Source of the DNA: an uncultured Verrucomicrobiae bacterium
GTDB taxonomy: Bacteria > Verrucomicrobiota > Verrucomicrobiia > Chthoniobacterales > JAATET01
Direction of reading: 5' to 3'
Length of the DNA stretch: 64,000 bases
Assembly: GCA_963719495.1 (NCBI GenBank)
Contig: CAVRCI010000005.1
Coordinates: forward strand, 128,001-192,000
Position numbers and translations under genes: made by a program. Position 1 is the stretch's first letter. Every line of letters begins with the position of its first letter. Below, piece by piece: positions 54,881 to 64,000 of the stretch. The notes under the pieces are model-generated. The model was not told the origin of the DNA and searched no databases. It was given only the letters and a program-made list of their open reading frames with translations.

Positions 54881-55621
54881 CTAATCGCCCGAAGAAGCAA
54901 CCACCCCATCGTCGACGTAGATCTCCCGGTTACTCGCCTGAAACTCCGCCTTGAGCTGCACCTTCAGGGCCGACAAATCCACGAGTTCCCAGTCCACCAA
55001 CCGAAACTTCGACCCACTCTCGCCGTTGTGCGCAAACCCAACGAGCAGATGCACCGCATCCTCCCGCACCTTGCTCGTAGCCGACCGCGGCTCGAAGTAA
55101 AACGTCCGCAATGAGCTGTCCCGGCTCCCGTCCCTAAATAATTTCGGATCGAGGTAAAACGTCCGCCCATCCGGCGAGACGAGCCGCAAATCCGGATACC
55201 CCGACCGCTGCTCCTTCCCCTCCTCCGTCGTCGGCACCTCACACGTCCAGCCGTCCACCGCCCCGATCACCTCCCGCAGCTCATCCTCCACGTAGCGGCT
55301 CGCCTCGTTCACCCGCCCAACCTCGTGAATTGGGTGACTCTCGTGGTTCAAGCGCTTCACCGTCTCGTCGATCGCCGCCCCCAGCTCCTCCAACACCTCC
55401 CCATCCCGCGCCGCATCGACCGGCACAATCCGATGCCCCGTCGTCGCCGCAATCACGTCCCCAAACGGAATCCCCTCCAACCCGTCCCGGTTATCCAACA
55501 ACCAAGGAATCAAAGCCTCCACATCCCCCGCCATCGGCTTCGGTCGAGAACAACCCACTAAAAAGACCCCAATCAGCCCAACGAGAATCAACCTTTCCCA
55601 TCCCCCCAGATCCGCGTCCAT
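54881..55621 (-). CDS. Probable lipoprotein with PD-(D/E)xK nuclease-like motif
   Basis: LVGC lipobox; GYPDLRL...YLDPK; LKAEFQASN. Confidence 0.7.
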   Translation of the reverse strand: MDADLGGWERLILVGLIGVFLVGCSRPKPMAGDVEALIPWLLDNRDGLEGIPFGDVIAATTGHRIVPVDAARDGEVLEELGAAIDETVKRLNHESHPIHEVGRVNEASRYVEDELREVIGAVDGWTCEVPTTEEGKEQRSGYPDLRLVSPDGRTFYLDPKLFRDGSRDSSLRTFYFEPRSATSKVREDAVHLLVGFAHNGESGSKFRLVDWELVDLSALKVQLKAEFQASNREIYVDDGVVASSGD

Positions 55622-55722
55622 CCGCGTCCATTTGCTTCGCTCCACTCTCCCCTTCGGCACTGTCTTCGACAGGCTGCCTCGCTCCGCTCGGCTGTGGTTT
55701 TGTATCAATCGTATGAACCGCA

Positions 55723-56955
55723 TCATCCGAGTTCCAGAGCCCGACGAACCGCCGCCACCGCCCCATCCGCATCCTCCGTGGTCCGCGCATGCACCCGCAT
55801 CACCCGGTCGCCCACCTCGACCCGGTCACCCACCTTCGCGATCTCGCTGAACCCCACCGCAAAATCCACGTCATCACCCGCGGTCCGCCGCCCCGCCCCC
55901 AGCCGCACGCTCGCCCGCCCGACTTCACCCGCGTCCAACCGCCGAATCGTTCCCGCCGTATCCGCCAGCACGTCCCGAATCTCCGGTGCCGCGTGCACCT
56001 CGTCCATCCGCGTGAGCGCCGAGGCGTCGCCGCCCTGCGCCTCGACCAGCTCCACAAATTTCTCCCAAGCCGCCCCCGAAGCCAGCAACCCCGCCAGTTC
56101 CTCCCGTGAGCTTTGCGAAACTTTTGCCGCCAGATCCAAAGTCAGCGCCACGAGATCCTCCGCCCCCCCGCCGCGCAACACCTCGACCGACTCCGCCACC
56201 TCCAGCGCGTTCCCCACCGTCCGCCCGAGCGGCTGATCCATCGCCGACAGCAGGAACGAAGTCCGCACCCCATTCGCCTCCGCCGTCGCCCGCAGCGACT
56301 CCGCCAATTCCTCCGCCTCCCCCCGCGTCTTCATGAACGCACCGGACCCAAACTTCACGTCGAGCACCAGCCGGTCCAGCGACTCCGCCAATTTCTTCGA
56401 AAGAATACTCGCCACGATCAGCGCTTGCGAAGGCACCGTCCCCGTCACGTCCCGCAGCGCGTAAAGCCGCTTGTCCGCCGGACAAAAGCCCCCCGTTTGT
56501 CCCGCCATGAACACCCCGATCCGCTCCAACTGCGCCATCGCCGCCGCCTCCGACAAATTCACGTCAAACCCCGGGATCGACTCCAATTTATCCAAAGTTC
56601 CCCCCGTAATCCCCAGCCCCCGACCCGACACCATCGGCACCCACACCCCGTCGCAAGCCAGCAGCGGAGCCAGAATCAACGACACTTTGTCGCCGATCCC
56701 ACCCGTTGAATGCTTATCAACGATCGGCGGCGCACCCGACGGGTAGGAAAAAACGCTCCCGCTGTCCCGCATGGCTGCCGTCAACGCCGCCGTCTCGCCC
56801 GTGGTCATTCCCCGGAAAAAAACCGCCATCGCGAGCGCGCTCATCTGATAGTCCGGCACCTCGTTCCGCGTGAACGCGGCGATCAGCTCGGCGATTTCCG
56901 CCCCCGTCAGTTCTTCACCATCTCGTTTGCGCTCGATCAGCTGGGGCACGTGCAT
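55723..56955 (-). CDS. pdp: Thymidine/pyrimidine-nucleoside phosphorylase
   Basis: DKHSTGGIGDK, SGRGLGITGGTLDKLESIPG, SILSKK. Confidence 0.93.
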   Translation of the reverse strand: MHVPQLIERKRDGEELTGAEIAELIAAFTRNEVPDYQMSALAMAVFFRGMTTGETAALTAAMRDSGSVFSYPSGAPPIVDKHSTGGIGDKVSLILAPLLACDGVWVPMVSGRGLGITGGTLDKLESIPGFDVNLSEAAAMAQLERIGVFMAGQTGGFCPADKRLYALRDVTGTVPSQALIVASILSKKLAESLDRLVLDVKFGSGAFMKTRGEAEELAESLRATAEANGVRTSFLLSAMDQPLGRTVGNALEVAESVEVLRGGGAEDLVALTLDLAAKVSQSSREELAGLLASGAAWEKFVELVEAQGGDASALTRMDEVHAAPEIRDVLADTAGTIRRLDAGEVGRASVRLGAGRRTAGDDVDFAVGFSEIAKVGDRVEVGDRVMRVHARTTEDADGAVAAVRRALELG

Positions 56956-56983
56956 CGCCCAACCCTGCCGCCCCTGGCGCAAA

Positions 56984-57015
56984 AAGAAAAGCACCCGCCG
57001 AAACGGGTGCTCTTC
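56984..57015 (-). terminator. Intrinsic terminator after rpmA
   Basis: GCACCCG/CGGGTGC stem with an A-run on + (U-run on -). Confidence 0.75.
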
Positions 57016-57108
57016 CTGAACAAAACAACCCGCTGAACGGGCTGTAAAATCGTGGCATCGGCTTCCAGCCGATCACCAACTCAAACGCGAAGCGCCTAAT
57101 CGAGAAAC

Positions 57109-57369
57109 CTAACCCGCCACAGCCTCGGCCAACTCGACGTTCACGCGGCGACCCGCACGGTCGAACTTAACGCGCCCATCGACGAGCGACCAGATCGTGT
57201 AATCGCGGCCCAAGCCGACGTTCGCGCCCGGCAGGAACTTCGTCCCACGCTGACGGATGATGATGTTGCCCGGCCCGACGACCTCGCCGCCGAATTTCTT
57301 CACGCCCAACCGCTTGCTGCGGCTGTCGCGGCCATTCTTGACGCTTCCCTGTCCCTTCTTATGTGCCAT
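57109..57369 (-). CDS. rpmA: 50S ribosomal protein L27
   Basis: [16 protein letters not shown]. Confidence 0.99.
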   Translation of the reverse strand: MAHKKGQGSVKNGRDSRSKRLGVKKFGGEVVGPGNIIIRQRGTKFLPGANVGLGRDYTIWSLVDGRVKFDRAGRRVNVELAEAVAG

Positions 57370-57381
57370 GAGTCGAGTTGG

Positions 57382-57705
57382 TTATTTGTCGGACTTGGTC
57401 GTCAACGACGTGATCTTGAGTTTCGTGAGGCGGCGGCGATGGCCGACCGTCCGGTGGTAGCCCTTGCGGCGCTTGTATTTGAAGGCCACGACCTTCTCAC
57501 CTTTGAATTGATCGACGACCTCGGCGGTGACCTTGGGTCCGTCGAGCAGCGGCGAACCGAGCTGCACGTCGTCGCCATCGGCGAACATGAGAACGTCAAA
57601 GTCGATGGAAGACCCGGCGTCGACGTCGAGTTTCTCCACGTCGATCGTGTCCCCTTCCGCGACCCGGTATTGCTTACCGCCCGTTTTGATAATTGCGTAT
57701 GCCAT
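57382..57705 (-). CDS. rplU: 50S ribosomal protein L21
   Basis: [15 protein letters not shown]...GHRR. Confidence 0.98.
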   Translation of the reverse strand: MAYAIIKTGGKQYRVAEGDTIDVEKLDVDAGSSIDFDVLMFADGDDVQLGSPLLDGPKVTAEVVDQFKGEKVVAFKYKRRKGYHRTVGHRRRLTKLKITSLTTKSDK

Positions 57706-57834
57706 ATAGAATCCTGCGCCTTCGCGAGCCGGGGAAGATGTCACCGGTCGGCGGGCGAGACAAGGTATAAAAATATTTTTCTGACTTGCCACGCCGCACC
57801 ACCGCTGACACCTTCCACCTCCCATCGCGGAAAT

Positions 57835-57918
57835 GCTCGGGTGGTGAAATGGCAGACACGTACGTTTGAGGGGCGTATGCCGCAAGGCATGGGGGTTCAA
57901 GTCCCCCCCCGAGCACCA
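57835..57918 (+). tRNA. tRNA-Leu(GAG) with encoded CCA
   Basis: GCTCGGG acceptor, TTGAGGG anticodon loop, variable arm, GTTCAAG, ACCA end. Confidence 0.96.
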
Positions 57919-57928
57919 TCCGAAAAAA

Positions 57929-58025
57929 GCGCGAGCTTCCAGGGGACCGCGAGCTTCCAGGGGACCGCGAGCTTCCAGGGGACCGCGAGCTTCCAGCTCG
58001 CAGTGTCGAGCTTCCAGCTCGGCAC
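57929..58025 (+). repeat. Three 18-bp tandem units (GCGAGCTTCCAGGGGACC) followed by a complete REP C
   Basis: Units at 57931, 57949 and 57967; hairpins at 57985-58025. Confidence 0.9.
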
Positions 58026-58104
58026 CCGTATCTAAAACGCGAAGCGTCAAACACCCCACCCTTGACGCCCCAGCCCACCACAAGTTAAGAACCACTCAAT
58101 CTCT

Positions 58105-58297
58105 ATGAGCCACTCACCCAAATCCACAATCCCCACCGCACTGGTCAACCGGTTCGTCGCGTGGTGCCTGGATTCCGTGAACCTCCGTCCGATGGTCATC
58201 GTCAGCCCAGGAGGCCCGACCGCGAGCAGCTGATTTCCGAAAGCAAAAAGCCCCCTTTCCGAAAAGCCCCGCTCGCCAACCGCGAGCGGGGTTTTTC
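58105..58297 (+). promoter_or_regulatory. Putative leader-peptide transcription attenuator
   Basis: uORF ending at TGA 58231-58233; terminator 58262-58296; the terminator 3'-arm sequence ACCGCGAGC is repeated at 58219-58227. Confidence 0.65.
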
Positions 58298-58353
58298 GTT
58301 TGGCACCTTTCACCACCCGCCACAAGTCACCCGCCACTCACTCATCACCAACC

Positions 58354-59124
58354 ATGAAAAACCACGAAGCCATCCTCTCCGCCCTCGCCCGCATCGAACG
58401 GGCGCACGGCGTTCGCGTGCTCCTCGCCGTCGAATCCGGCAGCCGGGCTTGGGGCTTCGCGTCCCGTGACAGCGACTTCGACGTCCGCTTCATCTACGCG
58501 CACGCCCCGGAGTGGTATCTGTCCGTCGACGAACACCGCGACGTCATCGAAGTCCCGATCTCCGACGACCTCGACGTCACCGGCTGGGATCTCCGCAAGG
58601 CCCTCAAGCTCCTGCGCAAATCCAACCCCTCGCTCCTCGAGTGGATCAAATCCCCGATCGTCTACCGCGCCGACCCCGCGTTCACGCTCACGTTCGGCCT
58701 GCTCGCGTCCGAGTTCCATTCGCCCGACCGCCTCTTCCGTCACTACCTGCGGATGGCCCGCGGAAACTTCAAGGATCTGGCGCGCGCCGACGGTGTGCGG
58801 CTGAAAAAATACCTCTACGTCCTCCGCCCGATCCTCGCCTGCCGTTGGATCGAGCGGAGTCTTGGCCCCGTCCCCATGCGCTTCCAAACCCTCGCCGACA
58901 CCCTCCTCGACGACGCGAACCTGCGTTTCCACGTCGCCGTCCTCGTCGCGCGCAAACGCGCCGGCGAAGAGCTCGACCTCGCTCCCCGCATCCCCGCGCT
59001 CCACACCTTCATCGAAAGCGAACTCATCCGGTTGGAGAAAATCGCGCCCGCCGAGCCACCCCAGCCCGACAGCCTCTTCCTCAACCAATTCTTCCAGGAC
59101 TACTGCCTCCCAACCGCCGCGTAA
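58354..59124 (+). CDS. Pol-beta superfamily nucleotidyltransferase (RlaP/YcgL-like)
   Basis: ESGSRAWGFASRDSDFDVRFIY, GWDLRKAL, SNPSLLEW, KKYLYVLRP. Confidence 0.92.
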   Translation: MKNHEAILSALARIERAHGVRVLLAVESGSRAWGFASRDSDFDVRFIYAHAPEWYLSVDEHRDVIEVPISDDLDVTGWDLRKALKLLRKSNPSLLEWIKSPIVYRADPAFTLTFGLLASEFHSPDRLFRHYLRMARGNFKDLARADGVRLKKYLYVLRPILACRWIERSLGPVPMRFQTLADTLLDDANLRFHVAVLVARKRAGEELDLAPRIPALHTFIESELIRLEKIAPAEPPQPDSLFLNQFFQDYCLPTAA

Positions 59125-59129
59125 CCACG

Positions 59130-59165
59130 ACCGATAAAACGTAACGGCCGTTACGTTTTATCGGT
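59130..59165. repeat. Perfect 36-bp spacer-less palindrome
   Basis: ACCGATAAAACGTAACGG|CCGTTACGTTTTATCGGT. Confidence 0.95.
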
Positions 59166-59212
59166 AAGCGCGGGACCCGCCTCACCCGAATCGAGCATTC
59201 CACGACCCTCCG

Positions 59213-60421
59213 ATGACAACCACTTTTCAACCCCTTTCCACGCCCGCCCCCTGGCGACAGTGGGGCCACGACCTCGACGCCAACGCCGTCGAGCAAATGG
59301 CCAACGCCTGCACCCTCCCGGTCGCCGTCGCCGGAGCCCTCATGCCGGACGCCCACCTCGGTTACGGACTCCCCATCGGCGGCGTCCTGGCCACGGAGGA
59401 CGCCGTGATTCCCTACGCCGTCGGCGTCGACATCGCCTGCCGGATGCGGCTCACCGTTTACGATCTCAAGCCCAGCCTGATCGCCGGACAGCGCGACCGC
59501 TTGGCGAAAATCATCGAATCCGAGACCCGCTTCGGCGTCGGCGTCGTGTTCAAGGACCGCCGCGACCACAACGTGATGGACGACCCCGACTGGGAGGCGA
59601 TCCCGCTCACGAAGAGACTCCGCGACAAAGCCTGGGGCCAACTCGGCACGAGCGGCAGCGGCAATCACTTCGTGGAATTCGGCACCTTCACCGTCAACGA
59701 CCCGACCCTCGGCCTCGACACCGACCGGAGCTACGTCGCCCTGCTCACCCACAGCGGCTCCCGCGGCACCGGCGCGCAGATCTGCGCCGAATACAGCAAG
59801 CGCGCCATGGCCCGCCACCCCAACCTGCCGAAAAACCTCAAGCACCTCGCCTGGCTCCCGCTCGACGAAGCCGACGGCGCGGAATACTGGACCGCCATGA
59901 ACCTCATGGGCCGCTACGCCGCCGCCAACCACGCGTGCATCCACCACCACATCGCCCGCGCCCTCGGCGAGAAACCCCTCCTCGACGTCGAAAACCACCA
60001 CAACTTCGCGTGGAAGGAGACCCACACCATCGACGGCCAACCCCGCGAACTCATCGTCCACCGCAAAGGCGCGACCCCGGCGGGCGAAGGCGTCCTCGGC
60101 GTCATCCCCGGCAGCATGACCGCGCCCGGATTCCTCGTCCGAGGCAGAGGCGAACCCACGTCCCTGCGCAGCGCCTCCCACGGCGCCGGCCGCGTCATGA
60201 GCCGCACCCAAGCCAAGCAATCCTTCACTTGGAGCGGGACCAAGAAGATCCTCGCCGACCACGGAGTCGAACTCCTCAGCGCCGGCATCGACGAAGTCCC
60301 TGGAGTCTACAAAGACATCCACCAAGTCATGGCCGCCCAGACCGACTTGGTCGACACCCTGGCCCGCTTCGACCCCAAGCTCGTCAAAATGTGCCCCGCC
60401 GGCGAACGCCCCGAAGACTGA
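59213..60421 (+). CDS. rtcB: RNA ligase RtcB
   Basis: MPDAHLGYGLPIG, GVDIACRM, GSGNHFVE, HSGSRG, HRKGAT, SHGAGR, DEVPGVYK. Confidence 0.96.
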   Translation: MTTTFQPLSTPAPWRQWGHDLDANAVEQMANACTLPVAVAGALMPDAHLGYGLPIGGVLATEDAVIPYAVGVDIACRMRLTVYDLKPSLIAGQRDRLAKIIESETRFGVGVVFKDRRDHNVMDDPDWEAIPLTKRLRDKAWGQLGTSGSGNHFVEFGTFTVNDPTLGLDTDRSYVALLTHSGSRGTGAQICAEYSKRAMARHPNLPKNLKHLAWLPLDEADGAEYWTAMNLMGRYAAANHACIHHHIARALGEKPLLDVENHHNFAWKETHTIDGQPRELIVHRKGATPAGEGVLGVIPGSMTAPGFLVRGRGEPTSLRSASHGAGRVMSRTQAKQSFTWSGTKKILADHGVELLSAGIDEVPGVYKDIHQVMAAQTDLVDTLARFDPKLVKMCPAGERPED

Positions 60422-60425
60422 AATC

Positions 60426-60486
60426 GGGGGAGCGCACGCGTCCCGCGTGCGAGATGCGGCGTCCCGCCGCATCACCCGGCAATGCG
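60426..60486 (+). repeat. REP-like family B copy
   Basis: Near-identical to 30792-30852; variant at 62077-62123. Confidence 0.88.
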
Positions 60487-60502
60487 CCAGCGAGCCGAAC
60501 CC

Positions 60503-60943
60503 TCACTTCTCCAAAGCCACCAAACGCCACTCCACGTCCCCACCCTCCAAGACACTCAACCACGCATACCCCGCCCGCACCCCTTTGTTCGGCTTCCCCA
60601 CCGTTCCTGGATTCAAGATCCGCACCCCATCGACGACCTCGTCCCGCGGAACGTGAGTGTGCCCGTGCAGCAAAAAATTCACCTCCCCCAGCCGCTTCGG
60701 CGGCGCGTGAATCAACCGAAAAGTCCGCCTGCCCCGTTCCAAAGTCACCTCCTCCGGCCACCCCTCGAACGAATCCCGGTTCCCCTTTACCACGACCACC
60801 GGAACCCCCAATTCCCGCAATCGCTCCACGATCGCCGGATCCTTCACGTCACCCAGGTGCCAGATTTCCTCCGCACCCGCCAGGTCCGCCAACACCGCGT
60901 CCGGCAATTTGTCGTGAGTATCCGCAATGACCGCGATTCGCAT
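60503..60943 (-). CDS. YfcE-like metallophosphoesterase
   Basis: ADTH, HLGD, GNRD, HGHTH, NPG. Confidence 0.92.
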   Translation of the reverse strand: MRIAVIADTHDKLPDAVLADLAGAEEIWHLGDVKDPAIVERLRELGVPVVVVKGNRDSFEGWPEEVTLERGRRTFRLIHAPPKRLGEVNFLLHGHTHVPRDEVVDGVRILNPGTVGKPNKGVRAGYAWLSVLEGGDVEWRLVALEK

Positions 60944-60997
60944 GATGAGATGAACTAATCGGTGAAAACCCCCGCAAACTATGAGTCAATAGCCCCC

Positions 60998-62071
60998 ATG
61001 TCCACGCCCGCGCACGCCTACGTCGAAAACCTCAACGCCTACCAGACCGGCAAGCCCATCGACGAAGTCGCCCGCGAAATGGGCCTCGACCCCACCGACA
61101 TCATCAAGCTTGCGTCGAACGAAAATCCGCTCGGCCCGTCACCCAAAGCCCTCGCCGCCATGCACGGCGCGCTCGCGCAATCCCACCTCTACCCCGACGG
61201 CGGCGGCTATGCCCTCCGCAACGCCATCGCCGACTCCGTCGGTCTCGACCGCGCCAACATCCTCCTCGGCAACGGCTCGAACGAAATCATCGAGCTCATC
61301 GCCCACGCCTACCTCGACCCGACCACCGAGATCATCGCGCCCCGCCACGCCTTCATTTGCTACCGCCTCGCCGCCCAGCTCTTCGGCGCGACCACCATCG
61401 AAACCGCCGATCCGGGTTACACCGCCGACCTCGACGCCATCCTCGACGCCATCACGCCCCGCACTCGAGTCATCTTCCTCGCGAACCCAAACAACCCCAC
61501 CGGCACGCTCGTCGGCCAAGCCGAGATCGACGCCTTCATGGACCGCGTCCCCGCCGACGTGCTCGTCGTCTTCGACGAAGCCTACTACGAGTTCCTCGAC
61601 ACCCCCCCCGACACGCTCGAATTCGTCCGCGAAAGCCGCAACGTCACCATCCTCCGCACCTTTTCAAAAATTCACGGCCTCGCCGCCCTCCGCGTCGGTT
61701 ACGCCATCTCGCCCGAGCCCCTCTCCCAACTCCTCGAAAAGACCCGCCAACCCTTCAACGTCAACTCGCTCGCCCAGGTCGGTGCCCTCGCCGCCCTCCA
61801 CGACGACGAGCACCTTGCCCGCACCCGCGAAATCACCAACGAAGGCCGCGCCACCCTCGAAAACGAATTCGCCGCCCGCGGCCTCGAATACGTCCCCAGC
61901 ACCGCAAATTTCGTCCTCGTCAACGTCGGCGACGGAGCCGCCGAGTTCCAGGCGCTCCTGAAGCAAGGCATCATCGTCCGCCCCATGGGAGTCTACGACC
62001 TCCCGGCCTGGATCCGCGTCTCCGTCGGAACGCCAACCGAAAACCAACGTTTCATCGACGCCCTCGCCTAG
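60998..62071 (+). CDS. hisC: Histidinol-phosphate aminotransferase
   Basis: KLASNENP, GNGSNE, NPNNPTG, DEAY, RTFSK. Confidence 0.95.
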   Translation: MSTPAHAYVENLNAYQTGKPIDEVAREMGLDPTDIIKLASNENPLGPSPKALAAMHGALAQSHLYPDGGGYALRNAIADSVGLDRANILLGNGSNEIIELIAHAYLDPTTEIIAPRHAFICYRLAAQLFGATTIETADPGYTADLDAILDAITPRTRVIFLANPNNPTGTLVGQAEIDAFMDRVPADVLVVFDEAYYEFLDTPPDTLEFVRESRNVTILRTFSKIHGLAALRVGYAISPEPLSQLLEKTRQPFNVNSLAQVGALAALHDDEHLARTREITNEGRATLENEFAARGLEYVPSTANFVLVNVGDGAAEFQALLKQGIIVRPMGVYDLPAWIRVSVGTPTENQRFIDALA

Positions 62072-62177
62072 CGCATGGGGAGCGCACCCGTCCCGGGTGC
62101 GAGCGGCGGCGTCCCGCCGCCGCCTCACTTCCACGCTTGCAAAGAATGCCTCAGCCCCCACCCTGCCAGCCCGTTCA

Positions 62178-63661
62178 TGACCTTCACCGAAAACCTCAGC
62201 CGCGAATGGTTCTCCAACGTCCCGCGCGACCTCCTCGCCGGCCTCGTCGTCGCCCTCGCACTCATTCCCGAGGCTATTGCCTTCTCGATCATCGCCGGCG
62301 TCGACCCGCAGGTCGGCCTCTACGCCAGTTTCTGCATTGCCGTCACGTCCGCCTTCGTCGGCGGCCGCCCCGGCATGATCTCCGCTGCCACCGGCGCGAT
62401 GGCCCTTCTCATGATCACGCTCGTCCGCGAGCACGGCCTCCAATACCTCCTCGCCGCCACGTTGCTCACCGGCGTTCTTCAGATCATCTGCGGCGCGCTC
62501 AAGCTCGGTGACGCCCTCAAATTCGTCTCCCGCAGCGTGATGACCGGCTTCGTCAACGCCCTCGCCATCCTCATCTTCCTCGCCCAGCTCCCCGAATTCA
62601 AAAACCAAGGCCCGCTCATGTATGCGATGGTCGCCGCCGGCCTCGCGATCATCTACATCCTCCCCCGCTTCACGAAAGCGATCCCCTCCCCGCTCGTCTG
62701 CATCGTCGTCCTCACGCTCGTTTCGGTCTTTGCCAACCTGGACCTCCGCACCGTCGGCGACATGGGCAAACTCCCCGCCACCCTCCCGATGTTCCTCCTC
62801 CCGCAGGTCCCGCTTAATTGGGAAACCCTCGCCATCATCCTCCCCTACGCCATCCCGCTCACCATCGTCGGTCTCCTCGAATCCCTCATGACCGCGACCA
62901 TCGTCGACGACCTCACCGACACGGAAAGCGGAAAAAACCGCGAGTGCGTCGGCCAGGGCGTGTCGAACGTCGTCGCCGGATTCTTCGGCGGCATGGCCGG
63001 CTGCGCCATGATCGGCCAGACCGTCATCAACGTGAAATCCGGCGGCCGCGGCCGACTCTCCACCTTCGTCGCCGGCGTCCTTCTCCTCATCCTCATCGTC
63101 GCGTTCGGCGCTTGGGTGAAGATCATCCCCATGGCCGCCCTGGTCGCGGTCATGATCATGGTCTCCATCGGCACGTTCAGTTGGGACTCGATCCGCAACC
63201 TGCGGACCTACCCGAAGACGTCGAGCCTCGTGATGATCACGACCGTCGCCGTCGTCGTCCTCACCCACAACCTCGCCATCGGCGTCGGCGTCGGCATCCT
63301 CATGTCCGCCATCTCCTTCGCCCGCAAGGCCGCCCTCCTCATGCGAGTCGGCACCGAGCTCAGCGAAGACGGCGAGCACCGCACCTACTTCGTCGAGGGA
63401 AACCTCTTCTTCGTCTCCGCCGGAGCCTTCGCCCGGGCCTTCAACTTCCGCGAGGTCCTCACCAAGGTCACCGTCGACGTCACGAGCGCGCACTTCTGGG
63501 ACATCAGCTCCGTGGCGGCACTCGACAAGGTCGTCCTCAAATTTCGCCGCGACGGCGCCGAGGTCGAGGTCATCGGACTCAACGAAGCCAGCGCCACCCT
63601 CGTCGGCCGCGTCGGCGTGAGCGACAAAGAGGGTGCCGAAGGCGACCTCCCCAGCCACTGA
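62178..63661 (+). CDS. SulP family anion transporter with STAS domain
   Basis: [29 protein letters not shown]-terminal STAS. Confidence 0.95.
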
Positions 63662-63669
63662 ATGGTCGT

Positions 63670-63759
63670 CCGCAGATTACGCAGAAAGTCACAGATCTTA
63701 TTTCAATTCATTCCCTTTTCACCCGCATCAAATCTGCGTCCCTCTGTTTAATCTGCGGA
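63670..63759. repeat. Inverted 9-nt-period arrays (CGCAGATTA-like / AATCTGCG)
   Basis: CCGCAGATTACGCAGA... paired with ...AATCTGCGTCCCTCTGTTTAATCTGCGG. Confidence 0.75.
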
Positions 63760-63776
63760 CAAACCTCACCCCTCGT

Positions 63777-64000
63777 ATGAATCAAATTCTCACGTGCACC
63801 GACGGCTCGACCTACGCGCCCAGCATCTACGACCACACCGCCTGGGCCGCCCGGCACACCCCCAACTCCGCGGTCCACGTGCTGCACACGCTCGACCATC
63901 ACCGCGAGCACGCCGATCTCGCCGACTTCAGTGGTCACGTCGGGCCGGAATCCCGCGACGACCTTCTCCGTGACCTCGTCTCGCTCGAGGAGCAAAAATC
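63777..64000 (+). CDS. Universal stress protein (5' part, runs out of the window)
   Basis: MNQILTCTDGSTYAPSIYDHTAWAA...VHVLH; usual SulP neighbour. Confidence 0.8.
   Translation, partial: MNQILTCTDGSTYAPSIYDHTAWAARHTPNSAVHVLHTLDHHREHADLADFSGHVGPESRDDLLRDLVSLEEQK

Noticed and set aside
57929..58025. Possible CRISPR array
   Set aside because: 18-bp units are contiguous with no unique spacers, and no cas genes are present
60503..60943. Metallophosphoesterase as a third member of the RNA-repair operon
   Set aside because: Convergent orientation and separated by a REP; a link is possible but unsupported

Overview
GC-rich bacterial chromosome segment, most likely Verrucomicrobiota, inferred from PEP-CTERM proteins, H-X9-DG pseudopilins and choice-of-anchor M-like proteins. 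The backbone is housekeeping: ftsH, rpsN, rarA, metH, a tamB/Omp85 pair, oppBC, thiC with a TPP riboswitch, a pyrimidine-nucleoside phosphorylase, rplU-rpmA, hisC, SulP and two tRNA-Leu. Highlights: (1) an RNA-repair pair (pol-beta nucleotidyltransferase + RtcB) behind an apparently unannotated leader-peptide/terminator/antiterminator attenuator, with a perfect 36-bp palindrome between the two genes; (2) a divergent His-rich metal-handling island (pseudopilin + PEP-CTERM proteins + PCuAC/SCO/cytochrome c); (3) many REP-like hairpins and 7/8/9-nt tandem arrays, one family bracketing a GIY-YIG nuclease, several translated in frame inside conserved genes, and one apparently putting a GT9 glycosyltransferase out of frame; (4) a glucuronokinase-like kinase paired with a GalU-like enzyme; (5) several proteins lacking expected catalytic residues. 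No CRISPR array, prophage or classical IS was found. All family assignments come from motif recognition by eye, not database searches.
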